64,000 bases of DNA from Asterias rubens (Eukaryota), in contig NC_047072.1 of the NCBI RefSeq assembly GCF_902459465.1, forward strand, positions 3,410,001 to 3,474,000, in the 5' to 3' direction. The notes under the pieces are model-generated. The model made no database searches. It was not told where the DNA came from and worked only from the letters and a program-made list of their open reading frames with translations. A program made the translations under genes and the position numbers. Below are positions 54,701 to 64,000 of this stretch, one piece after another (the stretch's first letter is position 1; each line of letters begins with the position of its first letter).

Positions 54701-56055
54701 TTGGGTCATCAATCAGGCATCATCATCGCGCCCTGGGTCCTTAATTAGGCCTCATCAGTGCATCCTGGGTCCTTATTGAGTCATCAATCAGACCTCTTCA
54801 TTGCGCCCTGGGTCCTTATTGAGTCATCAATCAGACCACCTCATCAGTGCTTCCTGGGTCCTTATTGGGTCATCAATCAGGCCTCATCAGTGCACCCTGG
54901 GTCCTTATTGAGTCATCAATCAGGCATCATCATTGTGCCCTGGGTCCTTATTGGGTCATCAATCAGGCATCATCATTGTGCCCTGGGTCCTTTTTGAGCC
55001 ATCAATCAGACCTCATCATTGCGCCCTTGGTCCTTATTGAGTCATCAATCAGACCTCATCTGGGTCCTTTTGAGTCATCAATCAGACCTCATCATTGTGC
55101 CCTGGGTCCTTATTGAGTCATCAATCAGACCTCATCATTGCGCCCTTGGTCCTTATTGAGTCATCAATCAGACCTCATCATTGTTCCCTGGGTCCTTTTG
55201 AGTCATCAATCAGACCTCATCATTGTGCCCTGGGTCCTTATTGAGTCATCAATCAGACCTCATCATTGCGCCATTGGTCCTTATTGAGTCATCAGACAGA
55301 CCTCATCATTATTCCCTGGGTCCTTTTGAGTCATCAATCTGACCTCATCATTGCGCCCTGGGTCCTTATCGAGTTATCAATCAGGCCTCATCATTATGCC
55401 ATAGGTCCCCCATATTGAGCTATCAAGCAGACCTTATTATTGCCCTCATGATCCTTAGGAGTCCGGTCTGGACAGCAGTGGGTCTGTCAGAAGAACTGTC
55501 AGAATAACTAAATTTGTATGATCAATACTTACATCAAATTGTTGTCAACAATTTAAACAAAGGTATATTTTGTTGATAAATCAAATGACTCACCTCGCTT
55601 ATGATAGTAGTCTTATACTGCGTAGTGTCAAACACCCAACCATTGGAGCAGTCTATAATTTTGTTGGTATAGTCAGTTGCATTCATTCCAGGTTTGAATT
55701 CTAGCTTCCGTACATCGTACATGTGACACCTATCGTAGTCTTTCTCCCCCGTCTCCTTGTTGGTCACAATGAGCGGGATAGACGCGTTCCTCTTTGCTTT
55801 AAGACACTCCCAGTCATCGAACTGACCGGTCGTGCAATTGGCCTTATCCCAGTGGGCCACCCGACACCAGTGGTCAGTATCTGCGGCCATAAAGACTTGT
55901 CCGAGAGTATTCATGGCTGTCATGATGCCGATCAGCGAAACCAAAAAACACAAAATTTTCTGCCATTTTCCAAACTCGCCAACAGTGAACAGTATGTCAT
56001 CAAACTTGAGGGCTGATGACTTTTGAGCATTGGTGTCCGTCTGCTCCTTCGACAT
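39593..56055 (-). CDS. SLC22/Orct-like organic cation transporter, copy 3, complete gene, 10 coding exons, 594 aa
   Basis: Exons 56055-55594, 53404-53301, 51732-51578, 49692-49524, 49218-49077, 46690-46599, 46436-46231, 43658-43550, 40991-40782, 39728-39593 total 1785 nt, all GT-AG and phase-compatible; MFS/SLC22 motifs D.LGRK, EFIGP..R, PESARW, EIFPTPVR, LLPET. Confidence 0.93.
40782..40991 (-). CDS. SLC22 copy 3 exon 9
   Basis: SAGMGLSSTAARVAGILSPY...LLPETNHKKLPETLEEGEAFG. Confidence 0.9.
41822..41969. mobile_element. Palindromic MITE
   Basis: AATGGGAGACTTTC...GGCAGCAGACTTACCGGGTAAAT inverted against ATTTACCCGGTATGTCTGCTGCC...GAAAGTCTCCTATT. Confidence 0.65.
42167..42377. repeat. ~100-bp-arm near-perfect hairpin derived from an inverted SINE-like segment
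   Basis: ATATTAATTTTGGTTTTTACCCATACACCG...CATGTTAC-TCGG-GTAACATG...CGGTGTATGGGTAAAAACCAAAATTAATAT. Confidence 0.85.
42451..42520. mobile_element. Isolated Kolobok terminus related to the 9-kb element
   Basis: TTAA|AGGGACACACCGGCTCACCGTTTACGC has the same 14-bp TIR and a subterminal sequence resembling the right end of 14736-23776. Confidence 0.7.
43550..43658 (-). CDS. SLC22 copy 3 exon 8
   Basis: MGIVRTVIAMIGKFCITASFATIYVVSGEIFPTPVR; 109 bp. Confidence 0.9.
43930..46110 (+). mobile_element. 5'-truncated CR1/L2-group non-LTR retrotransposon (RT fragment), antisense in intron 7
   Basis: VLTDFSKAFDLIDH, GVPQGTTLGP, KYVDDLT, LEYADVVWHSGLT..IEQIQKRACR; frameshifted; 3' AATAAAATGAAATGAAATGAAA tail. 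Confidence 0.85.
44825..45457. mobile_element. 633-bp MITE inserted in the LINE
   Basis: TIR ACCATGGAGGAAGGAA.AGAAGGAGCTCGAACGA; TSD AGA (or TAGA); removing it restores ACR-PILGHSY. Confidence 0.8.
46231..46436 (-). CDS. SLC22 copy 3 exon 7
   Basis: AVNSMVYYGLGL...VEFPS...YGRR...GGIACVITAFL. Confidence 0.9.
46599..46690 (-). CDS. SLC22 copy 3 exon 6
   Basis: AETHSAAKQTAFGLFASPNMCIKTLNMMFNW. Confidence 0.85.
46932..47924. mobile_element. Harbinger-like MITE with TTAAGC repeats and an internal duplication
   Basis: GCCCAATTTCATAGAGCTGCTTAAC ... GTTAAGCAGCTCTATGAAATTGGGC. Confidence 0.75.
47930..48800 (-). mobile_element. Penelope-like retroelement fragment (RT C-terminus + GIY-YIG endonuclease)
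   Basis: LWLRYVDDTF..W.HG, LPFLDVLI, VYRKPTHTDRYL; GVYRIPCTCGKVYIGKTGRDLTTRLKEH; frameshifted and partly deleted. Confidence 0.9.
49077..49218 (-). CDS. SLC22 copy 3 exon 5
   Basis: YFPESARWQISKGRYRQAETTLRKLAKSN. Confidence 0.9.
49524..49692 (-). CDS. SLC22 copy 3 exon 4
   Basis: CEFIGPNKRVLVG...YFVPTWRPLQL; 169 bp. Confidence 0.9.
49795..50461. mobile_element. Degenerate mini IS3EU-like element with a nested TTAA MITE
   Basis: Imperfect ~50-bp inverted ends (ATGAGCGC..GTACCAT.TAT.TGGCGGC..CCACTT) containing a unit like the 21-bp array; nested TTAA|AGTCACCT...AGGTGACT|TTAA at 50109-50411. Confidence 0.55.
50828..51487. mobile_element. Harbinger-type MITE
   Basis: AGGCCCTGTCACACCATGGCGTATCG TIRs with TAA TSD on both sides. 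Confidence 0.85.
51578..51732 (-). CDS. SLC22 copy 3 exon 3
   Basis: LGRKPTVF...LRFFVAAGGIGSYLVAYVL; 155 bp. Confidence 0.9.
52798..53245. mobile_element. GGGTGCGTTCG-family MITE with nested AGGGACTTTTCG MITE (52901-53104)
   Basis: TIR GGGTGCGTTCGTT, TSD ATA; internal second TIR pair. Confidence 0.8.
53301..53404 (-). CDS. SLC22 copy 3 exon 2
   Basis: FELVCDAQTASSFLQSVYFAGLLFGSFFFGSVADW; 104 bp. Confidence 0.9.
53747..54013. mobile_element. GGGTGCGTTCG-family MITE
   Basis: TIRs and 3-bp TSD ATT; inserted in the first unit of the adjacent minisatellite; partial copy near 59043-59110. Confidence 0.8.
54014..55440. repeat. ~37-bp minisatellite in intron 1 of SLC22 copy 3
   Basis: Unit CTGGGTCCTTATTGAGTCATCAATCAGGCCTCATCAGTGC-like repeated ~35-40 times without spacers. 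Confidence 0.95.
55594..56055 (-). CDS. SLC22 copy 3 exon 1
   Basis: MSKEQ...KFDDILFTVGEFGKWQ...TTIISE|GTGAGT. Confidence 0.92.
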
Positions 56056-57465
56056 GATGAATGCCTACTGTTATACTTTACACATCAATGGCGGATAATG
56101 CTAACACAAATCAAAGTTTCTAACAACTGAATCTATTCCGTGATACCCAAATTTCCTCCTAAACATTTGGTGCTATGCTAATTATGTGGACATTGGCCCG
56201 AGATAACGTGTTTTAAAGAGTCTACCCGTTCCAATTTGATAATTTGAAATTTCTATTAGATAAGTACTAATGTATTTCTAAGTTATCTTAACATGACTGT
56301 AAAGGGGTGTGTTCTGACAGCAACTCGCCAAAATGACGACTGTTTTAATCCAGACTGGGGCTACTTGGCAGAGGATCTTGGCTACGAACGTGCCGTACCA
56401 ATTGAAGATAGCGAAGAGAGATCGCTTTATTACCCTCAGTTGTTTTAACTTTTATGTAACAGCATCACTCTCGTGCTGGAAGGGACATACATAATTATAA
56501 CTGTTCCTTCAACCATTTGAGCTTTGGCTTTGTAGTAGAACCAACGGAAAACATGGAAAAATAAATGAACTATATTTGTAATTGCAAAACTATAATAAAA
56601 AAAATTATGCAAATGAATGGATCGGTCAGTGAATTAAAACGGTAATTACTATTATTATGAACTGTTTTTAATTGTTTTTTTTTGTTTTCTCTCTCTTTTT
56701 TTTTCTAAGCGCCACCCTGTGTGATGGTCAGACTGCGAACTAAAAACACAACTGCCCTAATTAAATTGCAATACAGCCATTATCAAACAACTTGTAAAAG
56801 TTCAATAGTTGAATCCAATGTGATTCTCTATGCCTGCGGTGTGTGTTATCACATTACGAGTGTCGTTGGTTCGAATACCACTCTAGTCAATATTTCTTTG
56901 TTCAACCCCAAAATCATATCTCATCTGGATCGAAGTTTGCCAACCTGACCGTTGTGGGTGGTTACAATAGTGCATCGTTCAAGTATAGTCAGATCAGATT
57001 AAATACTAATTACAAAAGTACTCGATCTTTGCTTTTACCTTTTGTAGTTTATTAAAGGGACTTGTTCATTTATCAAGATCAGCCATGAAATAAAGGTCAA
57101 TTTTCAACGCATAATATGGTTGTAAATGTTTACATTGACATTTTTGAAACCTTAGTTAAATTTTTTAACTAAGGTTTGAAAAATATTGTTTTCGTTTTAA
57201 TTACAAATTGAAGAGTAGGACCTGACCCGAGAGGGCGCTGTTCGTGACGTCAATCGAGGCGTGATATTTGAAGAGAAAATTGGTAGTCTGGTCCCTAGTC
57301 TAGTCTGGGTACCTGATCGGCATTATGCATATGCTGTGTGGTGTGTAGGACCTGCGTTTTCAGCAGGGTCTCGATGAACATGGCACATCACAACAAATTT
57401 AGACAAGAGTTTACTTAAGTAATTATATACAAATAATACGTACGTTGAAACTTGAATACTAGTGG

Positions 57466-59022
57466 CTTTTACAAAAGCAAGCCACTATTAATCAAATAGT
57501 AATCTCTACAAATCGCGTTTTGACGGAGCAAATCGACCAAGGAGAATGAAACTCAATCTAGCAGATGATAATTTTGTTGTGAAAATTAGAGGTTGGATGA
57601 TGTTTCTTTGACTCATTTGACTCACTCCCTCTTGAGTCGTCTGATTGGCTTATGAGACATGGGATTTCACAAAGGCAGTCCTATTAAACTTAGGACTAGT
57701 CCTAGGCAATGCTAAGAGATAGGACCAGTCCTAAGTTAGGACCAGTAACTCATCCTAACTTAGGACTGGGCCTATCTCTTGGCATTGCCTAGGACTAGTC
57801 CTAAGTTAGGACTGCCTTTGTGAAATCCACCCCGGGTTCAAACAGTTTTAACAAAAGCAAGCCACTATTAATCAAAATAGTAATCTCTACAAATCGCGTT
57901 TTGACGGTACGGTGCAAATCGACCAAGTTGAGCATCCTGAACAACTTTCCTGTGTGGAGACATGAAATTTGCAAAAGTTTGGGAATTGCATTTTTTTTTT
58001 TCAAAAGTCAAAACTTAACAAAAGATGGTCGACTACAGCCAAACTAAAATAGTGGCGGAGTTCAAAGTTGCACCAGCACACTCAGGTGGGGTAACCGCAC
58101 GAAGTAACTGCGCTAATTCGGCTTTTTGCGGTGTGTAAAAGTTTATTCCCTGGGCAGGGAAAAATTAAAAGCGGTCAGTTTGGATTCAATAACTCGACTC
58201 CGGATATCGCTTTTTGACGGTGCGAATCGACCAAATTGTGCATCCTGAACAACTTTCCTGTGTGGAGACATGCGAAATTCGCAAAACTTTGAGAATTACA
58301 ACTTTTTTTGGTGCAAAAGTGACGTCATAATTTGACGAAAATATCGTCGATTACAGCCAAAATATAATAGTGGCAGAGTTCAAATTTGCACAAGCACACT
58401 CAGGTGGGGTAACCGCTCGAAGTAATCGCGCTAATTCGGTTTTTCGCGGTGGCTCGAAAATTAACAAGTTTGTTCGCAGGGCGGGCAGGGAAAAAGGAAA
58501 AGCGGCCATTTTGAATTCATACTCAGCTTTGGAAAATCGCGTTTTTACGGTGCAAATCGACCAAGTTGGGCATCCTGAACAAATTTCCTGCGTCGAGACA
58601 TACAAAATTCGCAAAACTTTGGGGTTCGGAATACACAACTTTTTGGTGCAAAAGTGACGTCATAATGCAAATCGACCAAGTTGAGCATCCTGAACAACTT
58701 TCCTGTGTGAAGACATGCAAATACAACTTTACGCACGGATACATAGCAACCACATCACATGATCTATCTAGTGACTAAGGAGAATGAAACTCAATCTAGC
58801 AGATGATAATTTTGTTGTGAAAATTAGAGGTTGGATGATGTTTCTTTGACCCATTTGACTCACTCCCTCTTGAGTCGTCCGATTGGCTTATGAGACCAGG
58901 GATTTCACAAAGGCAGTCCTATTAAACTTAGGACTAGTCCTAGGCAATGCTAAGAGATAGGACCAGCATTGCCTAGGACTAGTCCTAAGTTAGGACTACC
59001 TTTGTGAAATCCACCCCGGGTT
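57466..59022. repeat. Complex tandem duplication with ~300-bp internal units
   Basis: 57466-57840 recurs split as 57846-57925 plus 58777-59022; GCATCCTGAACAACTTTCCTGTGTG units in between. Confidence 0.75.
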
Positions 59023-59308
59023 CGATAAGGGGAGTCGGGTATGGGTGCGTTCGTTTAGCTTCCCTGGGTCGACCCCGGTCTGCCCCGGTCGGTACGTTCG
59101 AATAGCTTTGAGCAAGTTCGAGTGTGCACAATGCAATGGTTAACTAAAGGTTGACCATTAATTTTTGACTCGAACCCAGGCTGGTCGCCCATTGTTTGAC
59201 TACTGTGGTCGACCATTTGGAACCAGCCTCGAGCCCATGGTTTCTTCACTGGTCCCAACAGCACGTTCTACGGTGGCTGATCTCCGCCAACAAATCAACA
59301 CTTTTTCA

Positions 59309-60680
59309 GTAGGGCGTTATAACGCCCTATACAGCGTTATAACGCCCTATTATACGGCGTTATTTACGCCCTAAATTACAGCGTTATAACGCCCTAATTG
59401 AGAAATAGAGCGTTATAACGCCCTAATTTTACGGCGTTATAACGCCCTATTAGGACGTAATACCGCCCTATACGGCGTTATAACGCCCTAAATTATTCCC
59501 TAATTGAGAAATAGGGCGTTATAACGCCCTAATTTATGGCGTTATAACGCCCTAATTTAACGGCGTTATAACACCCTATACGACATTATTATACACATAA
59601 TGAATGTTTATGAGTGCAATGGTGCGAATATGTTCATGAGTTGAAAGATGGAATGTTCTATTCAACGAGGCGGAGTTGAATGATGTTTTTACTCAGCTTT
59701 TTCGTTCCATCCGAAAAGTACCATTGCACGCTGGCAGCGTGCCAGCGTGCAATGGTACTTTTCGGATGGAACGAAAAAGCACGGCGAGTGACTCGGCGTG
59801 CAATGGTACTTTTATTTGCTATCACGTGACGGACAATCCTCCAATCAAATGGCAAGGATCTGCTTGGGTGTTATATAATATACACATAATGAATGTTTAT
59901 GAGTGCAATGGTGCGAATATGTTCATGAGTTGAAAGATGGAATGTTCTATTCAACGAGGCGGAGCCGAGTTGAATGGAACATTCCAGCTTTCAACGAATG
60001 AACATATTCGCACCATTGCACGAATGAAAAACATTCATTATTTGTTTTATATAACATCCAAGTAGAACTTTGTCATTTTGATTGAAAGAAACAACTTTCA
60101 AAACAAACAATTTCAACTGTAGAAGCCGAATGCTAGTAATTTTACTATGCCTTCTTGCAGTAACACCTGCTGCGTTACCAAAGACACGCGCACGCAGTGA
60201 TGTTTTTACTCAGCTTTTTCGTTCCATCCGAAAAGTACCATTGCACGCTGGCAGCGTGCCAGCGTGCAATGGTACTTTTCGGATGGAACGAAAAAGCACG
60301 GCGAGTGACTCAGCGTGCAATGGTACTTTTATTTGCTATCACGTGACGGACAATCCTCCAATCAAATGGCAAGGATCTGCTTGGGTGTTATATAAAACGC
60401 CCTATACAGCGTTATAACGCCCTATTTTATAGGGTGAATAACGCCCTATTTTACGGCGTTATAACGCCCTAAATTACAGCGTTATAACGCCCTAATTGAG
60501 AAATAGAGCATTATAACGCCCTAATTTTACGGCGTTATAACGCCCTATTAGGACGTAATAACGCCCTATACGGCGTTATAACACCCTAAATTATGCCCTA
60601 ATTGAGAAATAGGGTGTTATAACGCCCTAATTTTACGGCGTTATCGCCCTATTAGGGCGTAATAACGCCCTTTATGCCCT
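59309..60680. repeat. GGCGTTATAACGCC(CT) palindromic-motif array, interrupted by two copies of the 38416-38940 element
   Basis: Many GTTATAACGCCCT units at 59309-59580 and 60396-60680. Confidence 0.85.
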
Positions 60681-61159
60681 ATAAAAATAAATAAAAATAG
60701 CTAGCCTCCCTTGATGAAGTGATTTTTTCCCCAAAATTTTGTTTTTTAAACAATGTTTACACATTTTCATGATTGTCATCCGCTGCCCCCCCCCCCTCCC
60801 CCCAATGAGGACAGACGAAAAGAAGTTGTTCATTGGTGTGCAAACAGTGCCACAGCTTTTATCGGTGGGGGGGGGGGGGGTTGGAGTAGAATCCTGGAGA
60901 AAATACTACAAGTTTCAAAACTCACATTAAAACGATATCAAATGCCGTATTGCCATTGTATTTAGTACATTTCCGATTGGAATTTTGTCGAAATCTCAAA
61001 TCTTCTAATTTTATTACATGATTATATGGGTCTGTAGATTTTTGGGGACAGAAATTAGGTTTCGGTTAATTCCTGATTTTCGGTGACATTCAATCAATCC
61101 CAAAAGTAAGTTACCCTTCTGAGTGAGCAGCACATTTCTATTTGGAATGTACAGACCAT

Positions 61160-64000
61160 TAATCCCATCACGGTTCAAATTTGCTCTGAAAGAATTCCAT
61201 AACGCAGTAAAAATTTGCACCAGAGGTTTCCTTTCATAAGGACTCTATCTAGTAAATTATTTGCACCGCTGTGTTCGTCCTGGGCTCCGGTCTCTACATG
61301 GATTGAGGACTGGGTAGAAAAGGTTCTAAACGTAGAAACCAGAACCGGGAGCGAAAAGGGGTAGGGTGGGTGGGGTAAAAAGAATTCCCCAAAACCCAAA
61401 ACCCAAATACAAAAAGGGGGTCCGCCGGACAGTCCCACCGCTATTGACGCCCTCACCTTAGCCCAGCCAGAATCGCGACTGACAAAGAGTCAGTCGCCCT
61501 CAACGCCCACAGCGGTGCAAATAGTAAATTATTTGCACCGCTGTGTTCGTCCTGGGCTCCGGTCTCTACATGGATTGAGGACTGGGTAGAAAAGGTTCCT
61601 CACCCGCACCCAGGATCCGCACGCCACTGTCCCCCACTTTCCCCCCATCTCTCATCCAACTCTCACACCGTCGCTGCCTGCCCTGCTGGAGATTTAAAAG
61701 CCTTCTCAGCCTTGAAGCCGGAGTTTAGGGCCGATAGAACCCCCCCCCCCCCAGCCTGGTCTGCTGGCGATGGCCGCTCCTTTCCTTCATCCTCAATGGC
61801 CTTCCTTATTAAAAGAACCGTGGTGCGGCGCCTGGTTACTCTGTCCATCTATCCAAGTGTGGTGTCTGTACGCTCACTGTGTCACCCATCCGCAGTGATC
61901 CATCACTTCCTGGTCCGTGGCTCCCTGCAACCGCAGAGTGGCTGCTACTCCCGCCCTTCCACCGTAGGGTCTTAAGACGCGGTCACCCGGATCTGACGAA
62001 GCTGAGAAGTATAGTTTGAGGCGATTCGTGGGGCCGTTTCCAGTGAACGGCTTGTTAGTCAACGACCTGTGATCCGGTGTAGATGTCCGTATCCCGTGCA
62101 AACCTGACCACGCCTTCCAAAGCCCCTGCCGGGTCCATTTCACTATCTAATTGGGGATTACAACGAGATATGAGCCACCTTGACGCACAGTTTGGCCAAT
62201 AGTGTGGCTGAGAAGAAGATCTCTGCCATAAATCTTAGTGATTTCACTGGTCTTCGTTCACCCTAGGTCTTCCGACCTACCTCCTGCCCACCATAGGCAC
62301 AAGAAGAAAGCCAAGTCCTTGTACAAAATGAACTGCCCCACGAAGTGTACATGGTCGGTCTCCTGAAGCTTTGTTATTCACTTCCTGATTTCGTTTGCGA
62401 GCCACCTGATCCTGTCCGAGAAAATGGGGACTGCTTGTATGGGCGTCACCCGGGCTTGCTCAAGCCTCGTTGCCTTTAAATATTTCCGCACTCGAAAGGA
62501 AATACAAGGGTTGCCCCATTGTGAGTTCTGCCGCAAAGGAAGTGTCTTTCCACCTGTGTTGAAATAGGCCCTGAGCTGACCAATGTATGAATCGACTGTT
62601 CGGGCTGAAAGATGTCGCTCACACCCACAGCCAAAAGGTCCACTTTTTCCAAAATTTCCGCAACCCAAGGCATGAACCTGTGTTCGACCCTTTGAGTCTC
62701 GATCCGCTCAAAACTTAGCCACACCCTCTAGGGTCGCTGAATCAAGCCCTCGCCGTCAGTGAAATAGCCTGATCTATGATTGCTCAAAAGAAAGGTCGAC
62801 AAACTGCTTATCAAACTCCTTTTCTGCGTATTGAATGTCAAACTTGTCAAAACGATCGTCCAACTCTTTAAGACTCTCCTTGACCCGGTCGAGCTTGAGA
62901 GACAAGGAAAGGAAAGAAAACAGTACGGTTACCAAAACCTGTTTGGGGTAAAAGGAACCTGAGCGAAATATCTAAATCCACGTGCACTCCGGCACGCAAG
63001 ACCAAAACTGACCTGAGTCATATTTGCAGTCGTCTCTGTGATTTCATACTCCCCCAAACCGTTAAATGAACCTGACCTACTAGGTCTGACTGAGATATAC
63101 AATCATTGGAGAGAAAATACAAACTTTATCCCCTGACACTTGGTTTACAAACGTTTACCCGCTGAGGCAAGAACTCTCAGCAACTCCTCTACTCCTGCAC
63201 CGCCAGCCTTGCTGATGTCGTTTACACCTCTGTCTAGAACCGCCAACTCCGGCTTCTTTGCTCGACAGGGCTCTGCCAAAACGCTGCACAAGACTCCCAA
63301 TCTTGCTCCGCCATTTACCCTCAACCTGGCAACCGCTGGCCAACCAAATCCCCTCATACCCTTGAACATCAAATCAGATACTAGAAGCACTGGGTGTTGA
63401 GCGGCAAACGAACCTCCCTCGAAATCCAACCATCCGCAGGAAAACGACACTCGCATGCCCAAAGCTCGAATCGAAGGCCCTCTGAGTTTTTTCCATATCC
63501 TCGCCTTGACGGAAATACCAGGACGCCCGTCTGACCGAGTTCCGCTCTAGGCGCAAAGACCTTGTCGCACAATACACTAAACGCGGCCAACAGGACCTTG
63601 GATGGTGGTGCTTCGGCACTACTATTGTCACCGACACACTCCCCATTCGATGAAAAGCTTGATCAGAGCTGGAATGAGCACAAAGGGAGGGAAAAGATAC
63701 AGCTGCTCACCCTGAGGGCATGACTGTGCAAACACGTTTACCCCTGACGAGCCTGGAACGTGGAATCTGCCTTTCGGAACATTGGAGAGGAGTGTCGTGA
63801 GACCCCAAGAAAACCCCGAATTTCCACCGAGCTCCCTTTGCAGGAAGTGCCACATCGACGCTGTAAGACGATCGCCCGCTCTAGAAAGCTCCCTGTATGG
63901 AAAATCTGCCTGGTTCTCCCCACTTGGGACCCACTCCAACTTTAGGCCGAAATTAGCTTCTAGGAGAGACTTTGTGAATCTACCTGCACATCGACTCTTC
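61160..64000 (-). mobile_element. Degenerate DIRS-type tyrosine-recombinase retroelement (RNase H/pol C-terminus + ALOG-domain YR), truncated by the window edge
   Basis: WVPSGENQAD..R and PGSSGVNVFAQ....YLFPPFVLI (pol); GRTQVHALGCGNFG..GPFGCGCERHLSARTVDSYIGQLRAYF..GNP...VRKYL..EQ (ALOG-like); KDLAFF..GGRSEDLG, HTIGQTVRQG, YGGRAG.A.TL...G..DHCGW (YR); several stops. Confidence 0.85.
61250..61598. repeat. 77-bp direct repeat pair at the DIRS 3' end (61250-61326, 61522-61598)
   Basis: TAGTAAATTATTTGCACCGCTGTG...GGTAGAAAAGGTTC identical in both copies. Confidence 0.9.

Noticed and set aside
54014-55440. ~37-bp repeats resembling a CRISPR array, and overlapping repetitive ORFs
   Set aside because: Units are contiguous with no unique spacers, there are no cas genes, and the context is a eukaryotic intron

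Overview
AT-rich, intron-containing animal genomic DNA. It is probably an echinoderm, sea-star-like (inferred from its MITE/SINE families, not proven). The host content is a minus-strand tandem cluster of SLC22/Orct-type organic cation transporter genes. One gene is complete, with 10 coding exons (56055->39593, 594 aa by my exon assembly). A second copy shows only exons 1-2 (34734->29440). A third shows exon 1 (2182->1739) and continues off the left edge. The ~300-bp part of exon 1 encoding the large extracellular loop is almost identical in all three copies while flanking coding sequence has diverged, a gene-conversion signature. Much of the rest is transposon-derived: a full-length 9-kb Kolobok element (TTAA TSD) with a 14-exon disabled DDE transposase and a convergent intact 4-exon gene carrying a P2X7-ballast-like domain; an IS3EU-type integrase-core transposase with a 21-bp NotI-site array; a 3.9-kb IS3EU-type foldback element with 6-bp TSD; an internally deleted Harbinger; Penelope and CR1/L2-group retroelement fragments; a solo LTR; many MITEs and minisatellites. 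At the right edge is a degenerate DIRS-type element with an ALOG-domain tyrosine recombinase next to a loxP/dif-like palindrome. No rRNA, tRNA gene or CRISPR array is supported. All coordinates were counted by hand.
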